NCBI GenBank assembly: GCA_964555385.1
Contig: CAZKSP010000001.1
Location: forward strand, 1-41,605
From: an uncultured Chitinophagaceae bacterium
GTDB taxonomy: Bacteria > Planctomycetota > Planctomycetia > Pirellulales > UBA1268
DNA length: 41,605 nt
Direction of reading: 5' to 3'
The first letter of the stretch is position 1. Every line of letters begins with the position of its first letter. The notes beneath the pieces were generated by a model. That model searched no databases and was not told the origin of the DNA. It saw only the letters and a list, made by a program, of their open reading frames with translations. Position numbers and translations under genes: made by a program. Below are positions 1 to 9,802 of this stretch, piece by piece.

Positions 1-390
1 CTCATCGTGGTCGGCAGCGGCAGCGGGTGCTCCTTGGCCTTAAAGCCAGGGATGGTCTCCCGCGGCACGTCCGTTCCGAACACCGCCCCCTGATTTGATT
101 CAGTCGCTTGAGCTCGCAGCCCACTAGCTCCCATCAGTCCAGCAGCAAGGAGCAGACAGATTCGACCAAGTCGGTGATGGATCATTATGACTCCCAAAAA
201 CTCAATCAGCGGCGTTTGAAATGGCTCTGCAGGCCCGTTCCCAATGAAGCGAACCCCCTGGGGAACCAGATGTTTTTCCAGGGTTTTCTGCCGCCGCAAT
301 CAGCAGCGTTTCAATTTAGCCGGAGCTGCTAAAATCCGACGACGGCAGAATTTGCCGGCTAACGTTCGTTTCACGCCCGGAGCCCACCTC

Positions 391-906
391 ATGAGCTTTC
401 GCAAATCCCTCAACGAAGAAGTCGCCGCTGCACTGAATGAACAGATCTGCATCGAGGCCTCGGCTGGGTTCCTTTACTTTTCGATGGCTTCGTGGGCGAG
501 CGTCCGCGGCCTGACCGGCATGGCCAAATGGTTTCGTGCCGAGGCGGCAGGTGAATTGACTCACATGAACCTGTTTGTCGACTACCTCAACGATCGCGAC
601 TTTCAGGCCACGTTTGCCACCATCGAGGCTCCGGCCGCCGACTGGGAAAGCCCCGTGGCAGCGTTTGATGTGGTGCGGACGCAGGAGCATACGCTGCTCC
701 AGCGAATGAATGACCTGATCGACCTGGCCGACAAGCACAACGATCACCTCACCCACAGCTTTCTGACGCAGTTTGTGCCGCAGCAGATTGCCGATACCGC
801 CGAGGCCGATGACGTGCACGACCGGCTGATGCTGGTGGGTGGCGATGGCCATGGCCTGATCCTGATCGACCAGGAACTCGGCCGGGATGCCGAAGGCGAA
901 GGCTGA
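391..906 (+). CDS. ftn: Ferritin (non-haem, FtnA-like)
   Basis: ORF 244..906 trimmed to ATG 391 (MSFRKSLNEE...). By eye the translation follows the bacterial ferritin pattern: LNEQ..IE....Y..M..W, GELTHM (Glu/His ferroxidase ligands), TQEHT, FL.QFV..Q, GL.LIDQEL at the C-terminus. Confidence 0.85.
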   Translation: MSFRKSLNEEVAAALNEQICIEASAGFLYFSMASWASVRGLTGMAKWFRAEAAGELTHMNLFVDYLNDRDFQATFATIEAPAADWESPVAAFDVVRTQEHTLLQRMNDLIDLADKHNDHLTHSFLTQFVPQQIADTAEADDVHDRLMLVGGDGHGLILIDQELGRDAEGEG

Positions 907-965
907 TCTTGTTCACAGCCGTTTGACCGTGGCAAGGCAGCTGCCGTTCGGCTCCTTTTTCGCTC

Positions 966-1856
966 ATGACGGATAATGCAATGACCGTTCGTGAACTGCT
1001 GGCCTTGCTTGAAGCCCACCCGGGTGCGTCGCTGCACTGGATGCTGCCAGACGGTGCATTCGTGCCGGCTCACTTTCACATCACCGAGGTCGGTCGGGTT
1101 CAAAAGGACTTTATGGACTGCGGCGGCACTCGCCGCAGCCAGGTGTCTTGCCTGCTGCAAATCTGGGTTGCCGATGATACCGAGCATCGGCTGCAGACCT
1201 CGAAGCTGGCAGAGATTCTGCGGCTGGCTGGCCCGATGCTGGGCGTTGCTGACCTGCCCGTGGAAGTGGAGTATGAGCAGGACGCAGTCGCGCAGTATCC
1301 GCTGGGCGGTGCGGAGGTCACACCCTCTGGGGTGCTGTTCACTCTAGGCAGCAAGCACACGGCCTGCCTCGCCCCGGAGAAGTGCGGGGTTGATGGCAGC
1401 GACTGCTGCAGCCCAACCGGTCCGCGGCAGATCCTGTTTGTCTGCATCCACAACAGCGCCCGCAGCCAGATGGCCGAGGCCTTCGTCAACCAGATGTGCC
1501 AGGGCTCGTTCATTGCCTCGAGCGCCGGCCTCGAACCGGGCCAGCTCAACCCGTTGGTGGTTGAGGCAATGCAGGAGATCGGCATTGATATCGCCGCAGC
1601 CACCACCACCGGGGTGGCCGAAGTGCTGGCCGCGGGCCGGCAGTTCGACCGGGTGATTACGGTCTGCGATGAAGTAAGTGCCGAACGCTGTCCGACCTTT
1701 CCCGGGCCGGTCGCCCGGGAACACTGGGGCTTTCCCGATCCATCGGCCGCCACTGGCAGTCGCGATGAGCAGCTGGCTCAGGTCAGGGAAATACGCGATG
1801 CGATCCGCCGAAGGGTTTCTGAATGGTGCCAGCTGGCCTGTCTGCATGAGGCCTGA
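966..1856 (+). CDS. arsC: Fusion protein: N-terminal DUF6428-like domain + C-terminal LMW-PTP-type (thioredoxin-coupled) arsenate reductase
   Basis: Single uninterrupted 296-aa ORF. The C-terminal ~135 aa has the P-loop ILFVCIHNSARSQMAE (CX5R-S) and a downstream Cys pair, TVCDEVSAERCP, as in ArsC/LMW phosphatases. The N-terminal ~150 aa (HFHITEVG..., LQIWVADD) resembles the small ars-operon-associated family I recall being annotated DUF6428. Start may be ATG 966 or ATG 981. Confidence 0.8.
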   Translation: MTDNAMTVRELLALLEAHPGASLHWMLPDGAFVPAHFHITEVGRVQKDFMDCGGTRRSQVSCLLQIWVADDTEHRLQTSKLAEILRLAGPMLGVADLPVEVEYEQDAVAQYPLGGAEVTPSGVLFTLGSKHTACLAPEKCGVDGSDCCSPTGPRQILFVCIHNSARSQMAEAFVNQMCQGSFIASSAGLEPGQLNPLVVEAMQEIGIDIAAATTTGVAEVLAAGRQFDRVITVCDEVSAERCPTFPGPVAREHWGFPDPSAATGSRDEQLAQVREIRDAIRRRVSEWCQLACLHEA

Positions 1857-1913
1857 GACTGGTTGTGCCCTTCGGGAGCCGCTGTGCAGTCCGATCAGCT
1901 CAGCCGGTCACTC

Positions 1914-2762
1914 TTAGCTGGCCACCTGTGCCGGCAGCTCCGGCCGTCCGGCCTGCACGATGCCGTGCTGAGTCCAGACTCGCTTGGAGCGACGGGTCGC
2001 CTCGCGGATGGCTCGATTCTGCTGCCAGCCTGCTGCGTTGACATAGGGCCGAGCGTGATCGAGGTGAAAGCAGATCGCCCGATGGCGAACCTGCCGGAAC
2101 CGCACGCCCGCATGGTGCAGCCGCTCTCCAAACTCACGATCGAGTCCACCGTAGACCAGCCGTTCGTCAAAGCCATTCACCCGCAAGACATCCTCTCGCC
2201 AGACTGACGTGTTATGGCCATTAAAGGTCGCCCGCGTCGGTGTCAGGAAGTCCGCCCATGCCCCCATGCCCATGCCCGTCAAAGAAAGCTTGCGGAGCCC
2301 AGCCAGAGAACGCATGCCATGTCGCCACAGCCACGATGGCAGCCGGCATCGTCCACTGAAAAGATCGTGTTCGTCCAGCCGTTGACTCAACGACATGGGC
2401 AGGCGGATACAGCCACCTGATAACCCAAAACCTGGGCGGGCGAGCGTCAAATGGGTGGCAACAAAGTCGCGATCAGGAATGCAGTCACCGTCGGAGAAGA
2501 TCAAATACTTTCCCCGGGCCTGCAGGATTGCCCGGTTGAGTATCTGGCATTTACGAAAACCATCCTGGGGCTGCCAGACATGATCAATCACCAGCCCTTC
2601 CCGCTGCCGAAAGGCTTCCAGCAGCAGCGCGACCTCAGGGCCCGATCCATCATCAGCCACGACCAATTCGAAGCCCCGCTGCGTCTGCAAGCGATAGCCC
2701 CAGAGCACTTTCGCCAGCCACTCTGGCTGATTCGCGGTCGTGATAATGACGGTCGCGCGCAT
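1914..2762 (-). CDS. Glycosyltransferase family 2 (galactosyltransferase-like C-terminus)
   Basis: 282-aa ORF with an ATG start. N-terminal GT-A signature VIITTANQPEWL....ELVVADDGS, DxD-like FSDGDC, and a C-terminal FNGHNTSVWREDVLRVNGFDE motif typical of GT2 proteins with a galactosyltransferase-type C-terminal domain. Confidence 0.8.
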   Translation of the reverse strand: MRATVIITTANQPEWLAKVLWGYRLQTQRGFELVVADDGSGPEVALLLEAFRQREGLVIDHVWQPQDGFRKCQILNRAILQARGKYLIFSDGDCIPDRDFVATHLTLARPGFGLSGGCIRLPMSLSQRLDEHDLFSGRCRLPSWLWRHGMRSLAGLRKLSLTGMGMGAWADFLTPTRATFNGHNTSVWREDVLRVNGFDERLVYGGLDREFGERLHHAGVRFRQVRHRAICFHLDHARPYVNAAGWQQNRAIREATRRSKRVWTQHGIVQAGRPELPAQVAS

Positions 2763-2782
2763 GAACTCACCCGGGGCTTCGG

Positions 2783-3901
2783 TCAGGCCGCCCGGACACC
2801 TCGGGGGGGACGTGGCCGGTAGAGCAGCGGGTTCTCACGGTCGAGCTTCCAGAGCCGGGCTGACCGTTCTGCCCGCTCTGGGTTTCTGATTGGCACAAAA
2901 CCACCAGCAGGTGTGCAGGTGACCTCCCCGAAATAAATTTTCCCACGAACGTTGTAGAGATCGATCCGCAAGAAATCGAAACCCCGGGAAAGCCGCTCAG
3001 CCACATCGAGCATCTCAGAAAAGTTCGGCGGGTTCTTCAGCCGCTCGACTTCTGCCGGCGTACATGTGCAATCGTCAAAGATCGACCAGTCATGACGAAA
3101 GTGCACCGACCTCAGGGCGTTGGGCAGTACCACTGCCAAGGAATAGTCAAACTGCTCCCGGTCATGGAAACAAAAGAAGTCGTAATCAGCAGGTGAGTCA
3201 CCATCGACATCGAGCAGCTCTTCAATGACGATCCGCGGCCGGATCAGGCGATAGTGGTACTCCCCCGACTTTCGTCCGTAATAACGACCGGTGAGACGAT
3301 TGAAATAGCGGATGGTTGCCGGCACATCCAGCTTTGATTTGTTACGGACAATGCGGTGCCACTTGCAGCCATGGTTTGCCTTGATGATGAACTGGTCTGG
3401 AAGTTCAGCAAAAACCTCTGGAGTCAGCTGGTCGTAAACGCCCAGCAAAGGAATCAGGTACTTCGCTCCCACCCTTTCGGCAACATATTCACGAACGGCA
3501 AACTTGTCTGCCAAAAACGCATAGATCGCATGGTTGCCATAGAGTTTGCGGTACTGATCCTTCTCTTCGATTGCCCAAGGCGTCTGTTCGTCGAGCCCAC
3601 GGCCTAGCTTTCGGCGAAAACGCCGCCTGATCCGCCACCGCCGCCATGCAAATGACCGGTCCGGCTCATCATGCGGCTTGATCTGATCCAGGCAACTGGT
3701 TGGTGGCCGTTGCAGACAACTCGACTGGAATGTGGATGGAGAATTTTGCTGCATCTGCCTCGAGTTTTCAGCCGTATAGACGAACCGCAACCGCGAATGG
3801 CTGCTTATCCGCCATCGACCACTGATCGATGACCGGAACACCTCCGCTTGAGTCCGTGCTGAGAACACTATCGACGCACCTTCAACCGTTATTCGATCCA
3901 T
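2783..3901 (-). CDS. ATP-grasp fold amidoligase (TupA-like family)
   Basis: The translation contains ADKFAVREYVAERVGAKYLIPLLGVYD, FIIKANHGCKW, DYDFFCFH and LRIDLYNVRGKIYFGEVTCTPAGG, the characteristic blocks of TupA-like ATP-grasp proteins. Its stop is 20 nt upstream of the GT2 gene on the same strand. Start is uncertain: ATG 3901 (AAGG 7 nt upstream) or ATG 3754. Confidence 0.7.
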   Translation of the reverse strand: MDRITVEGASIVFSARTQAEVFRSSISGRWRISSHSRLRFVYTAENSRQMQQNSPSTFQSSCLQRPPTSCLDQIKPHDEPDRSFAWRRWRIRRRFRRKLGRGLDEQTPWAIEEKDQYRKLYGNHAIYAFLADKFAVREYVAERVGAKYLIPLLGVYDQLTPEVFAELPDQFIIKANHGCKWHRIVRNKSKLDVPATIRYFNRLTGRYYGRKSGEYHYRLIRPRIVIEELLDVDGDSPADYDFFCFHDREQFDYSLAVVLPNALRSVHFRHDWSIFDDCTCTPAEVERLKNPPNFSEMLDVAERLSRGFDFLRIDLYNVRGKIYFGEVTCTPAGGFVPIRNPERAERSARLWKLDRENPLLYRPRPPRGVRAA

Positions 3902-4059
3902 TTTCTGCCTTGATAGCGATTTTGCCGGCGGCTGATCTGGGCAAGCTTTGCAGACTGCCCTTCCTTCCTGCTTTCGAGCTATTCATGGTTTGGGGCATGG
4001 TTGGTCGGGCCCCAAAGCAGCGCGTTGTCGAGGCATCCGGGACGGCGTAAACTGGGAAC

Positions 4060-4220
4060 GTCAGGAGAGAGTCTCACGACCGCCGAAGGCTGAACGCTCA
4101 GGCACCAGGACTGACAACCCAAAAATTCTGTTGGAGAGCGACGTCGCCTGCGGCGTCCACCGAAGGGGCAAACTCCGGGCCGATGCCCGTGGGTGAATCT
4201 CTCAGGTTCCCGGACAACAG
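4060..4220 (+). promoter_or_regulatory. Tandem glycine riboswitch (two aptamers) in the gcvP leader
   Basis: Aptamer 1 (4060..4115): GTCAG-GAGAG...GCCGAAGGCTGAA...CTCAGGCACCAGGA-CTGAC, with P1 GTCAG/CTGAC. Aptamer 2 (4128..4220): CTGTTG-GAGAG...CACCGAAGGGGCAA...CTCAGGTTCCCGGA-CAACAG, with P1 CTGTTG/CAACAG. The cores GGAGAG, CCGAAGGGGCAA, CUCAGG and GGAC match the glycine riboswitch consensus. It lies 108 nt upstream of the glycine dehydrogenase start. Confidence 0.85.
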
Positions 4221-4327
4221 GGTTCCCGGCATCGCCTCGGTGATGCCGTCCAAGTCGGCTGGCTCAAACGGCCAGCTGTTCCGACCAGCCAACGATTTCG
4301 GCTGTCTCGTCAGGAAAGGAACCCCGC

Positions 4328-7267
4328 ATGTCGATCGCTCCCTCCCTTGCCGACCTCGATCAGCAGCACAACCCGGCCTGTCCGCCAGAAGGGCACGCCT
4401 CCCGCGGTGCATCCAGCTTTGCCACCCGACACATCGGCCTCTCAGCTGCCGCTGAACAGACAATGCTCGCAGCCGTGAAGGCCGATTCATTGCCGAGCTT
4501 GATCGACGAAATTGTGCCGGCAAGCATTGCCCGCCAGCAGCCAATGCAGCTGCCCGAGCCGCTGACTGAGTCGGCAGCTTTGGCCGAACTGCAATCCATC
4601 GCCAGCCGCAACAAGCTCCTCAAGAGCTTCATCGGCCAGGGCTATCACGGCACCCACACCCCGACGGTGATCCAGCGAAACGTGCTCGAGAACCCCGCCT
4701 GGTACACCGCCTACACGCCGTATCAGGCCGAGATCTCTCAGGGACGCATGGAAGCAGTACTGACCTTTCAAACGATGGTCTGTGATCTCACCGGCATGGA
4801 GATCGCCAACGCCTCACTGCTTGACGAGGCGACTGCCGCCGCCGAGGCAATGACGCTCGCCTTCCGGCTGCACAAGGGCAAGGCCACCGTCTTTCTGGCT
4901 GATCACCGGTGCCATCCGCAGACGCTGGAGGTGCTGGCCACCCGGGCTGAGCCGCTGGGCATCGACCTCGTTATTGGCGACGTTGCCGATGCCTTCGACG
5001 AGGGCGACTGCTTTGGGGTGCTGGTTCAATATCCGGCCACCGATGGAGAACTGACTGACTGGCGAGGGCTGGCTGACCAGGTGCATGAGAAGCAGGCTCT
5101 GCTCTGCGTGGCCGCCGATCCGCTCGCCCTCACCCTGCTGGTCCCGCCCGGCGAGTGGGGCGCCGATATTGTGGTTGGTTCGACCCAACGCTTCGGCATG
5201 CCGATGGGCTGCGGCGGTCCCCACGCGGCCTACTTCGCCTGCCGTGATACCTTCAAGCGATCACTGCCAGGGCGGCTCGTTGGGGTGAGTGTCGATGATG
5301 CGGGGCGGCCAGCATATCGGCTGGCCCTCCAGACCCGCGAGCAGCACATTCGCCGTGAGAAGGCAACGTCGAACATCTGCACCGCGCAGGTGCTGCCCGC
5401 CGTGGTGGCAGCGATGTATGCGGTCTATCATGGCCCCGACGGGCTCCGGGCAATCGCCAGCCGCATTGCGGGTCTGACCGCAACGCTGGCTGCTGGGCTT
5501 GAGCAGCTTGGCTTTTCCCTGCGGCACACCCAGACCTTTGACACCCTGGCCGTAGCCACTGGTGCGCAAACGGGTGAACTTGCCGCTCAGGCCCGGGCCG
5601 CCGGCATGAACCTACGGGAACTCGACACGGCCACCCTTGGCATCAGTCTCGATGAAACAACCATCCCGGCCGACATCGTCCGGCTCTGGCAGGTCTTTGC
5701 CGGCGACCATTCCGTGCCGGCCTTTGCTGACGACGAGTCAACCGCAAAGTCGCTGGTGCCTGAGCACCTGCTGCGGAAAAGTGACTTCCTGACCCATCCG
5801 GTCTTTCACACCCATCGCAGCGAGACCCAGATGCTCCGCTATCTGCGGGAGCTGGCCGACCGTGACTTGGCGCTCGACCGGACGATGATTCCGCTGGGGA
5901 GCTGCACGATGAAGCTCAACGCCACCAGCGAAATGATTCCGATCAGCTGGCCCGAGTTTGCAAACGTGCACCCCTTCGCTCCGGCCGATCAGCGGGAAGG
6001 CTATGCGACACTCGAGCGACAGCTCTGTGAATGGCTCGGCGAGGCCACCGGCTATGCCGGCATCAGCCTGCAGCCGAATGCCGGTGCTCAGGGTGAATAT
6101 GCCGGGCTTCTGGTCATCCGGGCATGGCAGCGGGCTCGCGGCGAGGGGCACCGCGACATCTGCCTGACACCCGCCTCAGCCCACGGCACCAATCCCGCCA
6201 GTGCCCAGATGGCGGGCATGCAGGTGGTGGTAATTGGCTGCGACGTTCACGGTAACGTCGATCTTGTCGAACTGCGGCAGAAGTGCGAGCAGTTCAGCGA
6301 CCGGCTGGCAGCAGTGATGATTACCTATCCCAGCACCCACGGTGTGTTCGAGGCCGAGGTCAAAGAGCTGTGCGAGATCGTTCACCAGCACGGGGGCCGG
6401 GTTTACATTGACGGGGCCAACATGAACGCCCTGGTCGGCACCGCCGAGCCGGGCCAGTTCGGTGGCGATGTCAGCCACTTGAATCTGCACAAGACCTTCT
6501 GCATTCCCCACGGCGGCGGTGGACCAGGCGTCGGCCCGGTCTGTGTAGTCGCCGACCTCGTGCCGTTTCTGCCAGGGCATGCCACTGGCGGTGTTGAACC
6601 AGCCGGCGGTGTCGGCGCAGTTTCGGCGGCGGCTCTGGGGAATGCCGGTGTGTTGCCAATCAGTTGGATGTACATCCGCATGATGGGTGCGGTCGGCCTG
6701 CGGCAGGCGACCGAAGCGGCAATCCTTTCGGCGAATTACGTAAGCGTCAGGCTCCGTGACCACTACCCCACACTCTACAGCGGTAAGGGTGGCCGGGTGG
6801 CCCACGAGTGCATCCTCGATCTCCGGCCACTAAAGGAGACCAGCGGCATTACTGCCGAGGACGTGGCCAAGCGGCTCATCGACTATGGCTTTCACGCCCC
6901 GACCCTCAGCTTTCCGGTGCCTGGTACCCTGATGGTTGAGCCGACTGAAAGCGAGGATCTGGCCGAGCTCGACCGGTTCATCGCGGCGATGATTGCCATC
7001 CGTGAGGAGATCCGCCGAGTGGAGGACGGCCATTGGCCGCGGGACGACAACCCAGTGGTGCGGGCCCCGCACCCTGCGGCCTGCGTGGCGGCCGACGAGT
7101 GGACGCGGGCCTACACCCGCGAAGAGGCGGCCTTTCCACTGCCGGAGCTCAAGCGGCGGAAATACTGGCCGCCAGTCGGCCGGATCGACAATGTCCACGG
7201 TGACCGCAACCTGTTTTGCAGCTGCGTGCCGGTTGCAAACTGGGCAGAATCAGCCGGCTCTGACTGA
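4328..7267 (+). CDS. gcvP: Glycine dehydrogenase (decarboxylating), single-chain P-protein of the glycine cleavage system
   Basis: 979-aa ORF. Characteristic blocks: [70 protein letters not shown], and the PLP-lysine region [19 protein letters not shown]. Confidence 0.95.
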   Translation: MSIAPSLADLDQQHNPACPPEGHASRGASSFATRHIGLSAAAEQTMLAAVKADSLPSLIDEIVPASIARQQPMQLPEPLTESAALAELQSIASRNKLLKSFIGQGYHGTHTPTVIQRNVLENPAWYTAYTPYQAEISQGRMEAVLTFQTMVCDLTGMEIANASLLDEATAAAEAMTLAFRLHKGKATVFLADHRCHPQTLEVLATRAEPLGIDLVIGDVADAFDEGDCFGVLVQYPATDGELTDWRGLADQVHEKQALLCVAADPLALTLLVPPGEWGADIVVGSTQRFGMPMGCGGPHAAYFACRDTFKRSLPGRLVGVSVDDAGRPAYRLALQTREQHIRREKATSNICTAQVLPAVVAAMYAVYHGPDGLRAIASRIAGLTATLAAGLEQLGFSLRHTQTFDTLAVATGAQTGELAAQARAAGMNLRELDTATLGISLDETTIPADIVRLWQVFAGDHSVPAFADDESTAKSLVPEHLLRKSDFLTHPVFHTHRSETQMLRYLRELADRDLALDRTMIPLGSCTMKLNATSEMIPISWPEFANVHPFAPADQREGYATLERQLCEWLGEATGYAGISLQPNAGAQGEYAGLLVIRAWQRARGEGHRDICLTPASAHGTNPASAQMAGMQVVVIGCDVHGNVDLVELRQKCEQFSDRLAAVMITYPSTHGVFEAEVKELCEIVHQHGGRVYIDGANMNALVGTAEPGQFGGDVSHLNLHKTFCIPHGGGGPGVGPVCVVADLVPFLPGHATGGVEPAGGVGAVSAAALGNAGVLPISWMYIRMMGAVGLRQATEAAILSANYVSVRLRDHYPTLYSGKGGRVAHECILDLRPLKETSGITAEDVAKRLIDYGFHAPTLSFPVPGTLMVEPTESEDLAELDRFIAAMIAIREEIRRVEDGHWPRDDNPVVRAPHPAACVAADEWTRAYTREEAAFPLPELKRRKYWPPVGRIDNVHGDRNLFCSCVPVANWAESAGSD

Positions 7268-7399
7268 CATGGGGGCATTGGCACGCCCGAGAGTAATCGG
7301 TGCTGTTTCATGACATAATGATTCGGTGGCAGTGGGCCCCTTCAAACGGATCAGCTGCCCGTGGTCGAACATTCGGCCGGGCCAGCGACGGGGATTGCC

Positions 7400-9742
7400 A
7401 TGCACCGACAACTTGTGACCACCTGGGCATTGCTGCTGGGTGTCGGGGTATTCAGCAGTTCCAGCATCGCGGCAGGCGAGCGGACAGCGGCCGAGCGGCA
7501 TTTTTTCGAAACGCGTATCCGACCCGTGTTCGTGCAGCATTGCTATGGCTGCCATGCTATTGACGCTGATGAACTTGCCGCCGGGCTAAGACTCGACGAT
7601 CCCGAAGCCATGCTGGCTGGCGGTCAATCAGGCCGAGCGATCGTGCCGGGGAACCCCGACGCCAGCCTGCTCATTCAGGCACTGCGGTACGACGGGCTGG
7701 AAATGCCGCCTGAAAAGCCGCTGCCTGCTGCGGTCATTCATGACTTTGAAGAGTGGATCCGCCGGGGGGCAGCCGATCCCCGTGAGGTTCAAACCGTTGC
7801 GACCGATCAGGCTCACGAAGATCCACAGCAACCGCTCTGGTCACTGGCCCCACTTCATCATTCTGAGCCACCGGCTGTCAGTGACGCCGACTGGTCGCGC
7901 GATCCACTCGATCAGTTTGTTCTGGCCCGACTCGAAGCTGAGCAAAAGCTTCCTGCTGGTGATGCCTCGGCTCAAGATCTGATTCGGCGACTCTCCTTCG
8001 ACCTGCATGGCCTGCCGCCGACCGCTGATGAGATCGATTCATTCACAACGGCCTACGCGGCCAATGCCGATGCTGCGGTGGCCGAACTGGTCGACCGGCT
8101 GCTAGCACAACCGCAGTACGGCGAACGCTGGGGCCGGCACTGGCTCGATGTCGCACGCTACGCCGAATCAAACGGCAACGATGGCCTCAGCCGGAATCCA
8201 ACCTTTCCCCATGCCTGGCGGTATCGCGATTACGTGATTGCCGCGTTGAATGATGACCTGCCCTATGACCGTTTTCTTGTCGAGCAGATCGCCGGCGACC
8301 TGCTGCCGAGTGGCTCACCGCAGGACCGCGACCGCAGGCTGGTCGCCACCGGTTTTCTGGCCCTGGCAGCTAAGCCGGCCAAGGCGATGAACCAAGACTT
8401 TGACATGGACGTGGTGGCCGACCAGATCGATCTAATCGGCCGCGGCATCCTCGGCCTGAGCATCGGCTGCGCCCGCTGCCACGACCACAAGTTCGATCCG
8501 ATTCCAACGCGTGACTACTACGCCCTTGCCGGCATCTTTCAGAGCACCGAGACACTCTGGGGAGCCGCTGGTCACGAAACGCTCACCGCACCTCCGACCG
8601 ACCTGCATGTGCTCACAACAGCCGAACGCATGCTGCCTCCTGAGGACTTTGTCGAAACAGTTGTGCTGCGTGACTCGGCAACCGGTGTCCCCAAGAAAAT
8701 TCCGCCGCCAAAATGGCCTGCCGGCACGCCAGTCGCCATGGGGGGCCGTGACCGCAAAGAACCGGCTGATTCCAAAATCAACATTCAGGGGGAATCGAAG
8801 AAGCTCGGCGAGCAGGTCCAACGGGGATTCCTCGCAGTCCTGCAGCCACCGGCGACCCCCGAATTTGCCATCAGTCACCGCGAAAGTGGCCGGCTGCAGC
8901 TGGCCCGCTGGCTGACCAGTACCGCCCGTCCTGTCACTGCTCGAGTGCTGATCAACCGAGTCTGGCTGCATCTCTTTGGGCGGGGGCTTGTCGGCACTCC
9001 CAATGATTTTGGCGTTTACGGTGAACGCCCAACACACCCGGCGCTACTCGATCATCTGGCTACCCGGTTCATTGACGAGGGCTGGTCGCTGAAGCAGCTA
9101 ATCAGAATCGTCACCACCAGCCGGACCTATCGGCTGACCAGCCGGGACACGGCCGACCGCGTTGCCGCCGATCCGGACAATCGGCTACTCAGTCGCCACC
9201 TCCGCCGCCGGCTCGACGCTGAGTCACTCCGGGATGCGATGCTGACCGCCAGCGGGCAACTCGACCGATCCCCTGGCAAAGGTTCGATCATCCAGCACCG
9301 CGACATTCTGGTGAATCTGGCCGGCAGCCTGCACGAGCCGAGCAACCGTCGCAGTGTCTACCTCTGCTATCTGCGTGGCTCACCGCCCCCCTCGCTGGCT
9401 GCCTTCGATCTGCCAGACTTCAGTGAGCCGATTGGTCAGCGGGATGTGGCCACTGTTCCCGGGCAAGCGCTCCATCTTTTCAACAATCCATTTGTTATTG
9501 CTCAGGCCGAGCATCTCGCTCAGCGTGTCTACAGCATGGCCGCGACCGTTGAGATACGAATTGGACTCGCCTTCCGCTTTGCATTGGGCCGCAGCCCCGA
9601 CAGCCATGAGCGGGAACAGGCCACAGCGGTACTGGCTGGGCTGCAGGCCAGCCTGGATCAAAATGAAACCGACCCACTGCAGGCATGGGTGGGCCTCTGC
9701 CAGGGGCTGCTGATGTCCAATGAGTTTCGTTATGTCGACTGA
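7400..9742 (+). CDS. PSCyt / DUF1549 / DUF1553 domain protein (planctomycete cytochrome-c-motif protein)
   Basis: ORF trimmed to ATG 7400, which gives a signal peptide ([27 protein letters not shown]). Has the CxxCH haem motif [20 protein letters not shown]1549-type blocks ([29 protein letters not shown]) and DUF1553-type blocks ([17 protein letters not shown]). Followed directly by a DUF1501 gene, the usual pairing. Confidence 0.9.
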   Translation: MHRQLVTTWALLLGVGVFSSSSIAAGERTAAERHFFETRIRPVFVQHCYGCHAIDADELAAGLRLDDPEAMLAGGQSGRAIVPGNPDASLLIQALRYDGLEMPPEKPLPAAVIHDFEEWIRRGAADPREVQTVATDQAHEDPQQPLWSLAPLHHSEPPAVSDADWSRDPLDQFVLARLEAEQKLPAGDASAQDLIRRLSFDLHGLPPTADEIDSFTTAYAANADAAVAELVDRLLAQPQYGERWGRHWLDVARYAESNGNDGLSRNPTFPHAWRYRDYVIAALNDDLPYDRFLVEQIAGDLLPSGSPQDRDRRLVATGFLALAAKPAKAMNQDFDMDVVADQIDLIGRGILGLSIGCARCHDHKFDPIPTRDYYALAGIFQSTETLWGAAGHETLTAPPTDLHVLTTAERMLPPEDFVETVVLRDSATGVPKKIPPPKWPAGTPVAMGGRDRKEPADSKINIQGESKKLGEQVQRGFLAVLQPPATPEFAISHRESGRLQLARWLTSTARPVTARVLINRVWLHLFGRGLVGTPNDFGVYGERPTHPALLDHLATRFIDEGWSLKQLIRIVTTSRTYRLTSRDTADRVAADPDNRLLSRHLRRRLDAESLRDAMLTASGQLDRSPGKGSIIQHRDILVNLAGSLHEPSNRRSVYLCYLRGSPPPSLAAFDLPDFSEPIGQRDVATVPGQALHLFNNPFVIAQAEHLAQRVYSMAATVEIRIGLAFRFALGRSPDSHEREQATAVLAGLQASLDQNETDPLQAWVGLCQGLLMSNEFRYVD

Positions 9743-9802
9743 TCAATGCTGCTTCCGAGATTCCCGACTACCAACGTCATGCCTTCGAAAGCTGAGGTTC
9801 TG

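Noticed and set aside
1-134. Possible start of a minus-strand gene leaving the window (ATG at 134..132, or GTG 83..81; ...GAVFGTDVPRETIPGFKAKEHPLPLPTTM...)
   Set aside because: Fewer than 45 codons are visible and no motif is recognisable. A real gene cannot be told apart from an open frame in GC-rich DNA.
244-390. N-terminal extensions suggested by the ORF track for ferritin (244), and likewise for lysS (16421), ABC ATPase (19596), ilvE (20374), Nif3 (29409), rsmE (26289) and rlmN (23167)
   Set aside because: The extensions are basic or low-complexity. They are absent from the known family N-termini and often overlap the preceding gene. Internal ATGs give family-typical N-termini.
316-1847. 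Minus-strand ORFs overlapping ferritin and arsC (316..852, 744..1187, 1100..1753, 1344..1847)
   Set aside because: The sense-strand genes have strong family signatures. The antisense ORFs have none and overlap each other in different frames.
3829-4455. Short plus-strand ORFs 3829..4050, 3948..4196 and 4183..4455 and minus-strand ORF 4098..4544 in the gcvP upstream region
   Set aside because: They overlap the glycine riboswitch and leader, whose conserved RNA cores explain the sequence. The translations are featureless.
5738-9037. Antisense or alternative-frame ORFs inside gcvP and the PSCyt/DUF1553 gene (e.g. 5738..6151, 6176..6805, 6830..7198, 8432..9037)
   Set aside because: They are embedded in well-supported long genes, and no independent motif or translation-initiation evidence exists.
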